A DNA stretch of 47,061 bases from Chthonomonas calidirosea (GCA_945859975.1 CAMAPH010000022.1:1-47061); one strand, 5' to 3'; counted from the stretch's first letter, positions 1 to 13,704 are shown. Made by a program: numbers and translations. Notes: generated by a model not told the origin, from the sequence alone.

Positions 1-2757
1 GCCGAGCATGAGTCGTTGTCCCGTGGCAGATTGAGCCGATGTTGTCGACTGACTCTCCCAGTGAAGCGTTTTAGGATCAACAAAGTAGTCCTGGTACATC
101 GTGGACGGCGAGAAGTTCCGCTCTGATTTCTTAAGTGTAACAAGATGGACGTCCAGGCCGGCTTCACGTACGTAAAAGGTTCCTTGACGCATCGATTCAG
201 GATTGTCGCGGAATGGCGCCACGATTTCATCGCGAGAATAGTCCATGCCTACTACGAACGGAAGGTCTGCTGCCAGAGCCGGCCGATGCAATGCATATGT
301 CGCAAGGTAATCCAAGAGTTCGAGCATCTCTCGCCGAACCCTCGGCGTGATTTTCGAAGCATCCATTGATCGAGATAAAGGGAAGGAGACCATCCGTGAC
401 CAAGCGGACTCCTGCGACTTGAGCAAGGCATCGCGGTAGTTTTCAATCCTTAGGGTGTCGTTCAAATGAATAAAGCTACTCACCCGCTTCACGGCTTCGT
501 CCTCGGCGTTTTCGACGCCCGCGCTAACGAGCAAGTGGTGCAAAGAGTGCCCGCGGTAAAGATCTGAGAGCTCGACTCCTGACTCGCGAATGAAACTGGA
601 CACCGTGATCTCTTTGCCCGCGGCAACAAGACGACGAATCTCATCAATCATTGCCCGTTTGTTCGTCGGGATTCCATTCTTTATCCCGTCGAGAATATGG
701 TTCTGAGTCTCTTTGTCTAGCCTAATGTTGCATCCAGCGGGCAACTGGGGAAACTCATCAGTGATTGCTCGCTGCAGCTCCATCCGAGTCTGGCCCGTGA
801 TGGCTCGACAACGCAAATCCCACCGAAACTTCCGATTCTGCTGACCAACGAAGTCGAGCACGGTTAGCGCGCCCTTGTCTGCGTGCTTTCGCAGCCCTCG
901 ACCGAGCTGCTGGATGAACACCGTCGAGCTTTCGGTCGGACGCAAAAAGAGTACGGTGTTGATTTCGGGCACGTCAATACCCTCGTTAAAGAGATCGACC
1001 GTGCACACGATTTGGATTTCGCCCTTCCGAAATTGGGACATGATCCGATCTCGGTCTTCCGCCGAACGTCCGGAGTGCAGCGGTACGGCATTGTAACCAG
1101 CCGAGACAAACTGCTTTGCCATGTAATCAGCGTGACGAATCGTGGCGCAAAAGGCCACGGCACGAAGTCCATCAAGTTCGGGGGCTTTCTCCTGAAGCTC
1201 GTGAAGGATGATCCGAACTCGTTCATCACCGCGTTCAATGAACTCCTTCTCCAGATCAGAATCTACATACTTTCCGCTGATAAAGCTCGCGTTACTTAGG
1301 TTTGTCTTATCGTCAATTCCATAGTAGTGAAATGGGCAAAGCAAGTTTCGCTCCAGTGCATGCCAGAGTCGCAATTCAAAAGTTGGAACACCAAATCGGT
1401 CAATTACCGATCGGCCATCAGTTCTCTCGGGAGTAGCAGTCAACCCGAGCAACTGAGAGGGTCGAAAGTGATCGAGTAACCGCTGGTAAGTCCTTGCCTC
1501 GGCATGGTGGAATTCGTCGACAATGATAACGTCAAAGTGATCTGCCGAAAACTCACTAAGCCTTTTTTCGCTGAAAGACTGAATCGAAGCAAATACATAC
1601 TTCCAGTTGTCTGCCTTGTCCTGTCCAACGTTCAGTTCGCCAAAATCTTTATCGCGCATAACCGCGCGAAAGGCTCCTAGCGACTGCTCCAAAATGTCGC
1701 CCCGGTGCGCAACAAACAGAAGCTTAAGTCGTCCTTTCGCAGCCTCGCACAACCGCTTGTAGTCAAATGCGGCAAGAAGTGTCTTTCCGGTTCCGGTTGC
1801 AGCAACGACGAGGTTCTCTCTCCGACCCTCGAGTCGCGCGTATTGAAGTTCGGCAAGCGCCTCCGCCTGATGAGGATGCGGGGCGAGGTCAGCAAAGAAC
1901 ATCGCAACCGGATTGGGGCTTCGCTGAGCTTTCAGCGAGATGGTGAGGCGTTCCGTGTCTCTTGCTGGATCAAAGTCCTCAAACTGCGGATCGTGCCAGA
2001 GGCGTTCGAATGTGCTCTTTAGCCCTTCAAAAAGCTGCGGCGATTCGATTGCGCTCACTCGGACATTCCATTCAAGACCATCGACAAGCGCGTTTGGCGA
2101 GATATTCGATGAGCCAATCGTCGCGGTGTTGGCCCCCGAGTCCCGGTGAAAAATCCAAGCTTTAGCGTGCAAGCTCGTCTTTTGATCTCGGCTTTCGTAC
2201 GCAATTTTGACGCTCGCGTTGGTTTCTGCAATCCTGACCAATGCTCGCGTGTGCGTTCCGCCGAGATAAGTCGTCGTCACGACACGTAGTCGACTTCCAA
2301 GTTCCTGGAGCTCTTTGAAGATCAGGTTCAGCCCCGCAACGCCAATAAACGGACAGATGACGTCGACGCGATCTGCCGAAGCTAATTCCTTACGGAGGAT
2401 GTGTGCGTAATTGACCTTGCTTTCGTTTGTAACGAGTGCGTTGTGAGCAAGCGGAATTTCTGGAAGGGTGACCGTGCCTTGCTTCTTTTTAACTGCGGCA
2501 AGCACGCATGCCTCAATGAGCTCATCTTTGCCAAGTTGCTGAATCGCTCTTACCGTTTGCGAAATTGCTTGATCCACGTCATCCGTGAATCTCAACTGCT
2601 CCCGCGTGCGGAGCAGGATCTCCCTCGCGAGATACTCCGCGAGATCCCCGAGTTCCAGCGAATGCACGACCGCTTCAAGATCCGACGGAAGCGCTTCAAT
2701 TTTCGCGCGCACAGTGTCGGTTACTAATAGATCGTAGACTCCCTTAACTAGCGACAT
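1..2757 (-). CDS. PLD-like nuclease + SF2 (DEAD/DEAH) helicase + DUF3427 protein, 3'-truncated by the window edge
   Basis: Absent from the ORF track because it has no stop in the window. Hand translation from ATG 2757 (MSLVKGVYDLLV) gives these motifs: LHAKAWIF...GSSNIS..LEWN (PLD), AATGTGKT (Walker A), VDEFHHA, GLTATPER, FNEGIDVP, QQLGRGLR, and C-terminal TMYQDY...LHWESQS typical of DUF3427. Frame was spot-checked at the HAK, GKT and MYQ codons. Confidence 0.9.
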   Translation of the reverse strand, partial: MSLVKGVYDLLVTDTVRAKIEALPSDLEAVVHSLELGDLAEYLAREILLRTREQLRFTDDVDQAISQTVRAIQQLGKDELIEACVLAAVKKKQGTVTLPEIPLAHNALVTNESKVNYAHILRKELASADRVDVICPFIGVAGLNLIFKELQELGSRLRVVTTTYLGGTHTRALVRIAETNASVKIAYESRDQKTSLHAKAWIFHRDSGANTATIGSSNISPNALVDGLEWNVRVSAIESPQLFEGLKSTFERLWHDPQFEDFDPARDTERLTISLKAQRSPNPVAMFFADLAPHPHQAEALAELQYARLEGRRENLVVAATGTGKTLLAAFDYKRLCEAAKGRLKLLFVAHRGDILEQSLGAFRAVMRDKDFGELNVGQDKADNWKYVFASIQSFSEKRLSEFSADHFDVIIVDEFHHAEARTYQRLLDHFRPSQLLGLTATPERTDGRSVIDRFGVPTFELRLWHALERNLLCPFHYYGIDDKTNLSNASFISGKYVDSDLEKEFIERGDERVRIILHELQEKAPELDGLRAVAFCATIRHADYMAKQFVSAGYNAVPLHSGRSAEDRDRIMSQFRKGEIQIVCTVDLFNEGIDVPEINTVLFLRPTESSTVFIQQLGRGLRKHADKGALTVLDFVGQQNRKFRWDLRCRAITGQTRMELQRAITDEFPQLPAGCNIRLDKETQNHILDGIKNGIPTNKRAMIDEIRRLVAAGKEITVSSFIRESGVELSDLYRGHSLHHLLVSAGVENAEDEAVKRVSSFIHLNDTLRIENYRDALLKSQESAWSRMVSFPLSRSMDASKITPRVRREMLELLDYLATYALHRPALAADLPFVVGMDYSRDEIVAPFRDNPESMRQGTFYVREAGLDVHLVTLKKSERNFSPSTMYQDYFVDPKTLHWESQSTTSAQSATGQRLMLG

Positions 2758-2899
2758 CGAAGCCGGCAGCATACCAAGCGATCATGAGGTCGCGAATCAC
2801 TAGCAAGTTTTATGCTGACCACGACAACGCCTTCCGGTCGGCGGACAACGATGCGTCTAGTACCTTAATCAGCGGATCGATTCGCGCATAACCTTGCGC

Positions 2900-3244
2900 T
2901 CAGCCCTCATTTTGAAACCGAGCCGCTCGACGGTTCCAGCTTCGCCGATAAATGTTTGCCGAGTAAGACGCCATCGCAGTTGCGACCACTACGACGAACC
3001 CAACGACCGAGAGAATATCGGCCGTATTCCGAAAGTCAGAAAGCGAGTCCGTCATCGTAAACGCCAGGACCACCAGAAGCACCGTCAGAACTCCGGCAAA
3101 GATAGCGAAGTTGAATCGGAAGATCATCGCAATCACCCATCGAGGCAGCTTTTCCGATTCCGCCGGTTTTGGCCGACCGATCCGCAGCCAGATCGCCTCA
3201 TCATCCATCTGCGCCAGGCACTTGGCTTCCCATGCGTCTCCCAT
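2900..3244 (-). CDS. Hypothetical small membrane protein (2 TM)
   Basis: 114-aa ORF with two hydrophobic segments; fills the gap; TAGTCT lies 9 nt upstream of the ATG. Confidence 0.55.
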   Translation of the reverse strand: MGDAWEAKCLAQMDDEAIWLRIGRPKPAESEKLPRWVIAMIFRFNFAIFAGVLTVLLVVLAFTMTDSLSDFRNTADILSVVGFVVVVATAMASYSANIYRRSWNRRAARFQNEG

Positions 3245-3281
3245 CCTGACCTTAGACTACCGAAGTCATACTCAGAACACC

Positions 3282-4034
3282 ATGTCAAACATCGCCTGGA
3301 ACGCTGACGACTACAACCGTAATGCGCGCTTCGTCAGTGACTACGGTCACCAAGTTGCCGACCTCCTAGGTGAAATACGCGGACTCCGGGTGCTAGATCT
3401 GGGCTGCGGAGACGGCCCACTGACGAAGGAACTCGAGAACCGCGGCGCCGACGTTATCGGCGTAGACGAAAGCCCGACAATGATTGAGAAGGCGAAAGAG
3501 CTTGGGCTGAACGTCGCCGTGATGGACGCGCGCGAGCTCACCTTCGACAACGAGTTTGATGCGGTGTTCTCAAACGCCACGTTGCACTGGGTAAAGCCTC
3601 CCGAACTGGCCGTCGCAGGCGTTGCCCGAGCCCTGAAACCCGGCGGAATCTTTGTCGCCGAAATGGGCGGGCACGGAAATGTTGCCGCCATCGTTACCGC
3701 GCTGATCGCCGCCACCCGCCTTCACGGACTACCTGACTTCGAGAGCCCCTGGTACTACCCAACGCCTGGCGAGTATGGCCAGCTACTCACCGAGCATGGG
3801 TTCGAAATCGAATCTATCGCGCTCATACCCCGTCCGACGCCGTTGCCAACGGGGATGCTTGGCTGGCTGAAAACTTTCGCCCAAACGAGCCTCGCGGAGT
3901 TCCGACAAGAGTCAGTGGCAACCGTTCTCGACACGGCCGTTGAACTTTTGAAGCCGAGCCTTTGCGATAGCGCCGGAAACTGGACCGCCGACTACATCCG
4001 ATTGAGGTTCCGAGCAAAAAAGATCGCGTCGTGA
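3282..4034 (+). CDS. Class I SAM-dependent methyltransferase (Tam-like)
   Basis: VLDLGCGDG motif I and FDAVFSNATLHW. Start moved to ATG 3282 (MSNIAWNADDY). Confidence 0.9.
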   Translation: MSNIAWNADDYNRNARFVSDYGHQVADLLGEIRGLRVLDLGCGDGPLTKELENRGADVIGVDESPTMIEKAKELGLNVAVMDARELTFDNEFDAVFSNATLHWVKPPELAVAGVARALKPGGIFVAEMGGHGNVAAIVTALIAATRLHGLPDFESPWYYPTPGEYGQLLTEHGFEIESIALIPRPTPLPTGMLGWLKTFAQTSLAEFRQESVATVLDTAVELLKPSLCDSAGNWTADYIRLRFRAKKIAS

Positions 4035-4056
4035 GGATTAACCTCACGACGCGATC
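4016..4056 (-). terminator. Intrinsic terminator for katG (possibly bidirectional)
   Basis: Perfect 15-bp stem GATCGCGTCGTGAGG/CCTCACGACGCGATC with a 5-nt loop, followed on the minus strand by U6; lies between convergent genes. Confidence 0.85.
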
Positions 4057-4065
4057 GCAACCGGT

Positions 4066-6312
<2,247 letters not shown>

Positions 6313-6402
6313 TCACACCCTTGAAAGGTGTAAAGCCATGAGTGTCTACGAACCGAACCACGTCACCCTCATCTCCATTTTGGCCGGAAAACTGGCGCCC
6401 AC

Positions 6403-6452
6403 TTGACGCATCAAACGTGATCGGCCTAATATGCAACTGATATGTTGCATAT
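6403..6452 (+). promoter_or_regulatory. Sigma70-type promoter with overlapping putative ArsR operator
   Basis: TTGACG-N18-TAATAT; perfect inverted repeat ATATGCAAC-N6-GTTGCATAT (6429-6452) covers the -10 box and start codon. Confidence 0.7.
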
Positions 6453-6885
6453 CTCCGATACGATAGAGCGCACTCTCGTCCTTCCCGCTACCAGATCCAC
6501 CGTCTGGCAGAAGTCATTTGCCACGCCGGAGGCACTGGCGTCGTGGTTTCCGGAGCGAATTGATGGCAACTTTGAGCTCGGAGGAACCTACACCATGATC
6601 TGGGGCGAGTTCCACTGCCAGTGCCGACTCGTCGAGCACATCGAGTCCGAGAGCTTTGTCTACCAGTGGCACCCCGGCGCGGCCTGCGAGATCTCCAAAT
6701 ACCCAGAAGACCAGCTTTCAACCGTTCGCTTCACCCTCAGCGATCATCCCGAAGGCACCCAAGTGCTCATGGTCGAATCCGGCTTTATGCGAATTCCCGA
6801 AGATCGACGAGTGAACGCGTTCACCGAGAACAATGGCGGCTGGGACTCCGAACTGCCAAAATTGCAAAAGGCATACGCAATTTGA
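6442..6885 (+). CDS. SRPBCC (AHSA1/START-like) domain protein
   Basis: IERTLVLPATRSTVW...LASWF, TVRFTL, C-terminal GGWDSEL helix. Confidence 0.88.
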   Translation: MLHISDTIERTLVLPATRSTVWQKSFATPEALASWFPERIDGNFELGGTYTMIWGEFHCQCRLVEHIESESFVYQWHPGAACEISKYPEDQLSTVRFTLSDHPEGTQVLMVESGFMRIPEDRRVNAFTENNGGWDSELPKLQKAYAI

Positions 6886-7190
6886 CCACTCAAATCTTCT
6901 TCGCGCTCTCCGATCCGCACCGACAAGAAATCCTCCTCCGGCTCGCCCGGGGAGGACCGCAAACGACGTTAACCCTGCTCAAAGGGATCGGCGCAACGCG
7001 CCAAGGGGCGACGCGCCACCTAACGATTTTGGAAGAAGCCGGGTTGGTGAAGAGCGAAAAGCGCGGAAGAGAGATCATTCGCGAGTTCAATCCCGAGGCC
7101 GTGACCTTGGCCCAGCAATGGTTTGCTGATCTTGAAAGCGCATGGGATTCGCGACTTGACCGACTTCGGAAGCAGTACGAACAAGAGTAA
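6882..7190 (+). CDS. ArsR/SmtB family transcriptional regulator
   Basis: FFALSDPHRQEIL...TRHLTILEEAGLV..EKRGRE; TTG start overlaps the upstream TGA. Confidence 0.88.
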   Translation: MTTQIFFALSDPHRQEILLRLARGGPQTTLTLLKGIGATRQGATRHLTILEEAGLVKSEKRGREIIREFNPEAVTLAQQWFADLESAWDSRLDRLRKQYEQE

Positions 7191-7229
7191 GCGGCGCCCG
7201 ACAAAGGTAGAATTCCAACTAGAGCCGCT

Positions 7230-8018
7230 ATGGATCGTAAGGCATTTCTCTCGCACTCAATGGCAGCAGTTGCTTCCCTCGCACTGCCGAAACTTGAGCT
7301 ATTCGACGAGGACTTGGACGCCCAATCTGCCAAGGATCCACGGAAGGTGATCGCAATGGTTGTCTATCCGGAATTCACGGTTCTCGACCTCATCGGTCCG
7401 TACCAGTTTCTTTCAGCCCTTACAGATCATCGAGTGCTTTTAGTTTCCAAAACCAAAGGGCTTGTGACTTCCGACACAGGACTTGCCGTGCAAACCGACG
7501 TAGCCTTCAAGAACTGCCCGAAGGAAGTGTCCGTGCTGTTTGTTCCGGGTGGAACTAACGGAACCCTAAAGGCGATGAAGGACCCCGAAACTCTAAGCTT
7601 TGTCAAGAATCGCGGGGCACGCGCAGATTACGTGACAAGTGTGTGCACTGGATCTTTGCTACTAGGGGCCGCGGGACTTTTGAAAGGCAAACAGGCAACT
7701 GCCCACTGGCTCGTCCGCGACTTGCTCAAAGACTTTGGCGCGGTGCCGGTAAACAAACGGGTGGTGATCGACGGCAATCGCATCACGGGGGCCGGAGTCA
7801 GTTCCGGTCTTGACCTTGGTCTCGCGATCATCAACCAGATTGCCGGAGCGGCCTACGCAAAGCAGTGCCAGCTTTGGTTCGAGTACGACCCACAACCAAT
7901 GTTTGATTTTGGCAGCCGCGAAAAGTCGAAACCCGAAGATGTCCAGATGCTGGAATCAATGGTCACGGAGTTTCGCAAGGAGCTGAAACAGTACGCGAAA
8001 GCGCGTACTGGAAAGTGA
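7230..8018 (+). CDS. DJ-1/PfpI family protein (isonitrile hydratase-like) with Tat-like leader
   Basis: LDLIGP, FVPGG, SVCTGS nucleophile, ITGAGVSSGLD, EYDPQP. Confidence 0.88.
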   Translation: MDRKAFLSHSMAAVASLALPKLELFDEDLDAQSAKDPRKVIAMVVYPEFTVLDLIGPYQFLSALTDHRVLLVSKTKGLVTSDTGLAVQTDVAFKNCPKEVSVLFVPGGTNGTLKAMKDPETLSFVKNRGARADYVTSVCTGSLLLGAAGLLKGKQATAHWLVRDLLKDFGAVPVNKRVVIDGNRITGAGVSSGLDLGLAIINQIAGAAYAKQCQLWFEYDPQPMFDFGSREKSKPEDVQMLESMVTEFRKELKQYAKARTGK

Positions 8019-8106
8019 ATCGGTCCCCGGGGCGGCCCAAGTCCGCCCGTGATGTTCCACGTTCCTGAATAGCTATTTTCATAGTAATCTAGCCGGGCTG
8101 GAGTCG

Positions 8107-10521
8107 ATGGAGATCCAAATGTTGTCCGCAAATCGCACTGTTAGTTTCGCGCTCGCGCTCCTCATCTGCCCCGCCATTGGCAAAGCCGATTCACCAACGA
8201 TGTCGCACCTTCAGGCTCAGCTATATCCCGTCAACGCGGTCAGATTATTACCAGGACCGTTCGCCGACGCCGTTCGGGCCAATCGGGAGTACGTTCTGGC
8301 GCACGATACCGACAAGCTCGTAGCCCCATTCCGCCGCGAGGCCGGTCTCTCGCCGCGAAAGGAGTCTTACGGAAACTGGGAGAACATCGGCCTGGACGGG
8401 CACACGGCGGGTCACTACCTATCCGCCCTCGCCAGCCTGATTGCCACCGGGCAAGACACACCAGAAGGGGAGTTGCAGCGGCGCCTGACCTACATGGTCA
8501 GCGAACTCGGCGAGTGCCAAAAAGCTGGTGGCGACGGCTACGTGGGCGGAGTTCCGGGCAGCAAAGCGCTTTGGGCGGAGATCGGAAAGGGCAATGTCGA
8601 TGCGATCAATCGAAAGTGGGTGCCTTGGTACAACATCCACAAAACCTACGCCGGACTCCGCGACGCCTACCTGCTCACTGGAAATGAGCAAGCCAAAACC
8701 GTGCTGGTAGGCATGACCGACTGGGCCCTCGCCCTGGCGGCAAAACTGTCGGACGACCAGCTACAACGCATGCTCGCCCAAGAACATGGCGGCATCAACG
8801 AATCGTTCTCCGACGTTTACGCGATCACCGGCGACAAGAAGTATCTCGCCCTCGCGCAGCGATTCAATCATCTCGCTCTTCTGAAGCCGCTGAGAGAGCA
8901 CCAAGACCGACTGACCGGACTTCACGCGAACACACAAATTCCCAAAGTCATCGGCTTCTCCCGCATCGCCCAACTACAGGGGTCTGATGAAGATGAGAAC
9001 GCCAGCCGCTTCTTCTGGGAAACCGTAACAAAAACTCGAAGCGTAGCCTTCGGCGGCAATAGCGTCTCAGAGCACTTTAACGACCCGAAGGACTTCAACG
9101 GACTCGTACAACACCGCGAAGGCCCCGAGACCTGCAACACCTACAACATGCTGCGGTTGACGGAAAGCCTCTTTGCCGGAGCACCGGATGCGAAGTACGT
9201 CGATTTCTACGAGCGAGCTCTGTTCAACCACATCCTCGGCTCAATCAATGTCCAACATCCGGGCTATGTCTACTTCACGCCGCTGCGCCCCGGGCACTAC
9301 CGCGTCTATTCGCAACCCGGCGAGGGCTTCTGGTGCTGCGTCGGCACCGGGATGGAGAACCCCGGCCGATACGGTCAGTTCGTCTATGCCAAGTCGCAAG
9401 AAGGCGTTTACGTAAACCTGTTCCTGGCTTCAGAACTCACCGACGCCACGCGCGGACTGACACTGCGGCAAGAAACCAAATTCCCCGATGAAGGCCGAAC
9501 CCGGTTGCGAGTGTCCCTGAAGGATTCTCAAAGCTTCACCCTCTTCCTGCGGCATCCGGGTTGGGTTGACGCGGGCAAGTTTGAGGTGAAAGTAAATGGC
9601 CAGAAGGTTCCGGTTGAATCTGCTCCGACAACTTATCAAGCCATCAAGCGGCTTTGGAAAGACGGCGACCAGATCGAAGTAAGCCTGCCGATGCACACGA
9701 CCGTCGAAAGACTGCCGGACAACTCCGATTGGGTTTCCATCCTCCACGGCCCAATTGTCTTGGCATCAACCACAACCACCGCCGACCAGCCCGGACTCTT
9801 CGCCGGCCCTGGACGCGGCGACCATATCGCCCAAGGTCCACTCGTGCCAATTGACAACCTGCCTTCCTTGCTGTCCACTCCGGAACAGTTACCAAAACAG
9901 ATTGTTCCCGATCCAGCCGCTGGTCCCTTGCATTTCAAAATCTCCGCCCCAGTCTCTACCTCAGAACAGAAAGAGATCAAGCTCATGCCGTTTTTCCGAC
10001 TCCAAGAGTCCCGGTACCAACTGGTCTGGGACCTCACGACACCGGAGAAACTCGCAGCCAAAAAAGCCGAGCAAGCGGCCCTGGAAAAAGCAAAGATCGA
10101 ACGCGATCGAGCGACGATTGACCGTGTCGCAGTCGGAGAGCAGCAGCCAGAAGTGGATCACGAAATGGCCGGCGAAGGGCTGGAAACCGGTTTCCACAAC
10201 GGCCGCCGGTGGCGACACGGGCGTTCGATCCAATACACGCTGAACCTCCGCGGCGCCAAATCAGCGGATCTCGAAGTCACTTACTCCGGGGACGATGCCA
10301 ACCGAACATTTGACATCTTTGTAAACGATCAAAGGCTCACCACCCAAATCCTGAAAGGCGAGAAGCGTGGCGGCTTTATCGAGGTGAAGTACGTCCTGGC
10401 CGCAGACTTGATCCAAAATGCAAAGGACGGAAAGTTGGTGGTTCGGTTTGTGGGTAAGGACTCCCTCGCGGGTGGCTTGTATGATCTACGCTTGCTTCGA
10501 AAGCCAGGCGGGAGCGAATAG
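8107..10521 (+). CDS. GH127 family glycoside hydrolase (beta-L-arabinofuranosidase-like), secreted
   Basis: [44 protein letters not shown]; signal peptide. The true start may be ATG 8119. Confidence 0.9.
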   Translation: MEIQMLSANRTVSFALALLICPAIGKADSPTMSHLQAQLYPVNAVRLLPGPFADAVRANREYVLAHDTDKLVAPFRREAGLSPRKESYGNWENIGLDGHTAGHYLSALASLIATGQDTPEGELQRRLTYMVSELGECQKAGGDGYVGGVPGSKALWAEIGKGNVDAINRKWVPWYNIHKTYAGLRDAYLLTGNEQAKTVLVGMTDWALALAAKLSDDQLQRMLAQEHGGINESFSDVYAITGDKKYLALAQRFNHLALLKPLREHQDRLTGLHANTQIPKVIGFSRIAQLQGSDEDENASRFFWETVTKTRSVAFGGNSVSEHFNDPKDFNGLVQHREGPETCNTYNMLRLTESLFAGAPDAKYVDFYERALFNHILGSINVQHPGYVYFTPLRPGHYRVYSQPGEGFWCCVGTGMENPGRYGQFVYAKSQEGVYVNLFLASELTDATRGLTLRQETKFPDEGRTRLRVSLKDSQSFTLFLRHPGWVDAGKFEVKVNGQKVPVESAPTTYQAIKRLWKDGDQIEVSLPMHTTVERLPDNSDWVSILHGPIVLASTTTTADQPGLFAGPGRGDHIAQGPLVPIDNLPSLLSTPEQLPKQIVPDPAAGPLHFKISAPVSTSEQKEIKLMPFFRLQESRYQLVWDLTTPEKLAAKKAEQAALEKAKIERDRATIDRVAVGEQQPEVDHEMAGEGLETGFHNGRRWRHGRSIQYTLNLRGAKSADLEVTYSGDDANRTFDIFVNDQRLTTQILKGEKRGGFIEVKYVLAADLIQNAKDGKLVVRFVGKDSLAGGLYDLRLLRKPGGSE

Positions 10522-10523
10522 AA

Positions 10524-12869
10524 ATGGCTGAATTGACTCGACGCGACCTGATCGCTGGAACCGCCGCAATCGCCGCTGCTGGCCCGCTTTCTGCTCTTGA
10601 CCTTGGTGCCCTTGTGAAAGAATCGAATCTCGAACTCTGGTTTGAAAAGCCTGCTGCAACCTGGACCGAAGCATTGCCGGTCGGGAATGGGCGGCTGGCG
10701 GCGATGGTCTTCGGAGGTGTGCGCGAAGAGCGCCTCGCCCTCAACGAAGGCAACATTTGGGCGGGCGGACCGCGTGAATACGACAATCCGGAAGCGCTCG
10801 CGGCTCTACCGGAGATTCGCCGCCGGATTCTTGCGGGGCAATACCGCGAGGCGCATGAGCTCACAAACGCCAAGTTCATGGGCAAGCCGATGGGGCAAGC
10901 ACCTTACCAGCCACTCGGGGACCTAATTCTCAACTTCGAACACCCTTCCGAACCAACAAGCTATCGAAGGGAACTCAATCTCAACGACGCCGTCACCCGC
11001 ACCACGTATACGGTCGATGGGATCCAATTCCAGCGCGAAGTCTTTGCGAGCCACCCTGCAGGTTTGATCGTGTGCTCCCTGACCGGATCGAAGAAAGGAT
11101 CGCTCTCGTTCTCCATTCAACTCCGCAAAAGGGACAGGGCGAAAACCTCCGTCACCGGACAAACCCTCAGGATCGAAGGAACGAGCGGCGAGCATGCCGG
11201 AATTCCGGGCTCCATTCGATACGTCGGCATTGCAGAGCTTCAAGTGAAAGGCGGCCAGATCAGCGTAAAGGACGATGTCATCACCGTCAAAAATGCTGAT
11301 TCGGCAACCATCCTGTTTTCAGCCGGATCGAGTTACCGAAACTACAACGATCTCACCGGTAATCCCGATATCATCGCCACGGCGCCGCTGGAGGCCGCAA
11401 AAGGAAAGACCCTCGCCAGCCTAAAGCGAGAACACATTCGAGACCACCAACGTTTGTTTGAGACAGTAGCGATAGACCTTGGTCCAGTTCGTAACCAGCC
11501 GACAATCGAACGAACCAAGGACTTTCAAGAAGGCAGGGATCCTGGCTTAGCCGCGCTCTATTTCCAGTACGGCCGGTACCTGATGATCGCTGGCTCGCGG
11601 CCAGGCGGTCCGCCGCTCACCCTGCAAGGGCTGTGGAACGAGAGCTCCACACCACCTTGGGGGAGCAAGTACACGATCAATATCAACACCGAAATGAACT
11701 ACTGGCCCGCAGAAACGTGCGGGTTGAGTGAGTGTCATGAGCCCCTGTTCGGGTTAATCGAAGACATCTCCAAACCCGGAGCAACCACGGCAAAGAAGCA
11801 TTACGGTGCGGGCGGCTGGGTGGCTCACCACAACACGGACGGTTGGCGCGGAACTGCGCCGGTTGACGGTGCCACATGGGGGATTTGGCCGATGGGCGGC
11901 GCCTGGCTCTGCACCCACCTTTGGGAGCGTTACCTCTTTACCGGCAACAAGGCCGAGTTGGCGAAGCATTACCCGCTTATGAAGGGGGCAGCCAAGTTCT
12001 TCCTGACTTCGAACATCGACCTTCCTGGCACCAACTACCGCGTAACTTGTCCGTCGATCTCCCCCGAGAACGATCACCGTCCTGGCGTCTCCATCTGCGC
12101 TGGACCAACGATGGACAACCAAATCCAGCGCGATCTCTTTTCCGCCTGCATCGGTGCGGCCGCGGTTTTGGAGAAGGACGCCGGATTCGTTCAGGAGCTG
12201 AAGGTGGCCCTCGAAAAGCTCCCACCGAACAAAATCGGCAAGGGCGGCCAGCTTCAGGAATGGATCGAGGACCTCGACATGGAGGCTCCAGAGCGAACTC
12301 ACCGCCACGTTTCTCACCTTTACGGCGTGTTCCCCAGTGCGCAGATTTCCCCGGAAACCACCCCGGAACTCGCCAAAGCCGCCCGCCGGAGTTTGGAACT
12401 TCGCGGGGATGAAGGAACCGGCTGGAGCCTTGCTTGGAAGATCAACTTCTGGGCACGACTGCTAGATGGCGACCGCGCCTACAAGTTAGCAAAGGACGCC
12501 CTAAGGCCGACCAACGGTCGATCGGGCGGCGTGTATCCAAACTTGTTCGATGCCCACCCGCCATTCCAAATCGACGGCAACTTTGGATTCACATCGGGCG
12601 TCGCTGAAATGCTTCTCCAATCGCACGCGGGCAAGATTCATTTGCTCCCGGCCCTGCCTAGTGCTTGGCCAAAAGGCAGCGTGAAGGGACTCCGGGCGCG
12701 GGGTGGGTTCTCCGTCGATATCGAATGGGACAATGGTCGGCTTGTTCAGGCAACGATCAAGAGTCTTTGGGGAACCAGAGCGATCGTTCGATATGAAGAT
12801 GCACTTTATGAAGTTGAAATGAAGCCGGGCGTCCGCAAGTCTGTCTCGGCACGAGACTTCGAAAAGTAG
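10524..12869 (+). CDS. GH95 alpha-L-fucosidase, Tat-exported
   Basis: [55 protein letters not shown] Tat motif. Confidence 0.93.
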   Translation: MAELTRRDLIAGTAAIAAAGPLSALDLGALVKESNLELWFEKPAATWTEALPVGNGRLAAMVFGGVREERLALNEGNIWAGGPREYDNPEALAALPEIRRRILAGQYREAHELTNAKFMGKPMGQAPYQPLGDLILNFEHPSEPTSYRRELNLNDAVTRTTYTVDGIQFQREVFASHPAGLIVCSLTGSKKGSLSFSIQLRKRDRAKTSVTGQTLRIEGTSGEHAGIPGSIRYVGIAELQVKGGQISVKDDVITVKNADSATILFSAGSSYRNYNDLTGNPDIIATAPLEAAKGKTLASLKREHIRDHQRLFETVAIDLGPVRNQPTIERTKDFQEGRDPGLAALYFQYGRYLMIAGSRPGGPPLTLQGLWNESSTPPWGSKYTININTEMNYWPAETCGLSECHEPLFGLIEDISKPGATTAKKHYGAGGWVAHHNTDGWRGTAPVDGATWGIWPMGGAWLCTHLWERYLFTGNKAELAKHYPLMKGAAKFFLTSNIDLPGTNYRVTCPSISPENDHRPGVSICAGPTMDNQIQRDLFSACIGAAAVLEKDAGFVQELKVALEKLPPNKIGKGGQLQEWIEDLDMEAPERTHRHVSHLYGVFPSAQISPETTPELAKAARRSLELRGDEGTGWSLAWKINFWARLLDGDRAYKLAKDALRPTNGRSGGVYPNLFDAHPPFQIDGNFGFTSGVAEMLLQSHAGKIHLLPALPSAWPKGSVKGLRARGGFSVDIEWDNGRLVQATIKSLWGTRAIVRYEDALYEVEMKPGVRKSVSARDFEK

Positions 12870-12875
12870 TTCGAT

Positions 12876-13670
12876 TCATTTCGGCAAATTCAAGACGACT
12901 TCACCCGCGGGCAAAACGGCGACTTGTTCCAACCGAACGAGCCGAGACAACAGGCTACGTAAGTAGCGTGAACTCATCGGCCCCCATCCTTCGCCATCCA
13001 GTCCGTGGGTGTTAAAAACAAACCAGCCTCCTGGAGAGGCGAGAAAATCTTTCAGCGTGGCGTCAAAGAACTCGTCACAGTTCTCGGGACCGTGGCTCCA
13101 ACAGCCGATTCGAACCGGCTCTCGCTTTGTCGGAATCGGGTTCACCGCCGCGTCCCCCTGAGTTCGAACCACTAGGAACTTCGAAAGGGCGTAAGCATCC
13201 AGCTCTGGGTTTGAAGCGTTATAGGCAAAGTTGTAAACGGAGTCTTTAGCTTTAAATCCCAGAAGATTCCTTTCGAACTCCGCGATGCATCGATCAATGT
13301 CGCGTTTCGCAGCTTCCAATGGAATGGTGGTGAGGTTCGTATGGTCGTAGGTGTGGGCCATCACTTCATGACCGCGCTTCTTGAGGGCGTTCCAGTCCGA
13401 GAAATCTCCTTTCGGAAACGGCACAAGACCGGCATCCGGATGGCCGTTAACCGTCGGAACGAAATTCTCCAAGTGGCCCTGCGCGATAACGTTGAAGCAC
13501 GCTCGCAGCTTGAAGGATTCAAATATCTCCGCCGTTTCATAGAACGACTTCTTAAAGCCATCATCGAAGCTGAGGGTGACGATGTGTGTCTTCTTTGGTT
13601 TTGAGTTCAATCCCATTGTCGCGCCGGCAATTCCTGCTCCGGTCATCCAGAGCAATTCCTTTCTTGTCAT
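12876..13670 (-). CDS. Polysaccharide deacetylase (CE4/NodB) family
   Basis: LSFDDG and HEVMAHTYDH motifs; start taken at MTRKELL. Confidence 0.85.
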   Translation of the reverse strand: MTRKELLWMTGAGIAGATMGLNSKPKKTHIVTLSFDDGFKKSFYETAEIFESFKLRACFNVIAQGHLENFVPTVNGHPDAGLVPFPKGDFSDWNALKKRGHEVMAHTYDHTNLTTIPLEAAKRDIDRCIAEFERNLLGFKAKDSVYNFAYNASNPELDAYALSKFLVVRTQGDAAVNPIPTKREPVRIGCWSHGPENCDEFFDATLKDFLASPGGWFVFNTHGLDGEGWGPMSSRYLRSLLSRLVRLEQVAVLPAGEVVLNLPK

Positions 13671-13704
13671 GTCTTCTTTGACCTTCCAACTCCTCCGCTC
13701 TAGT

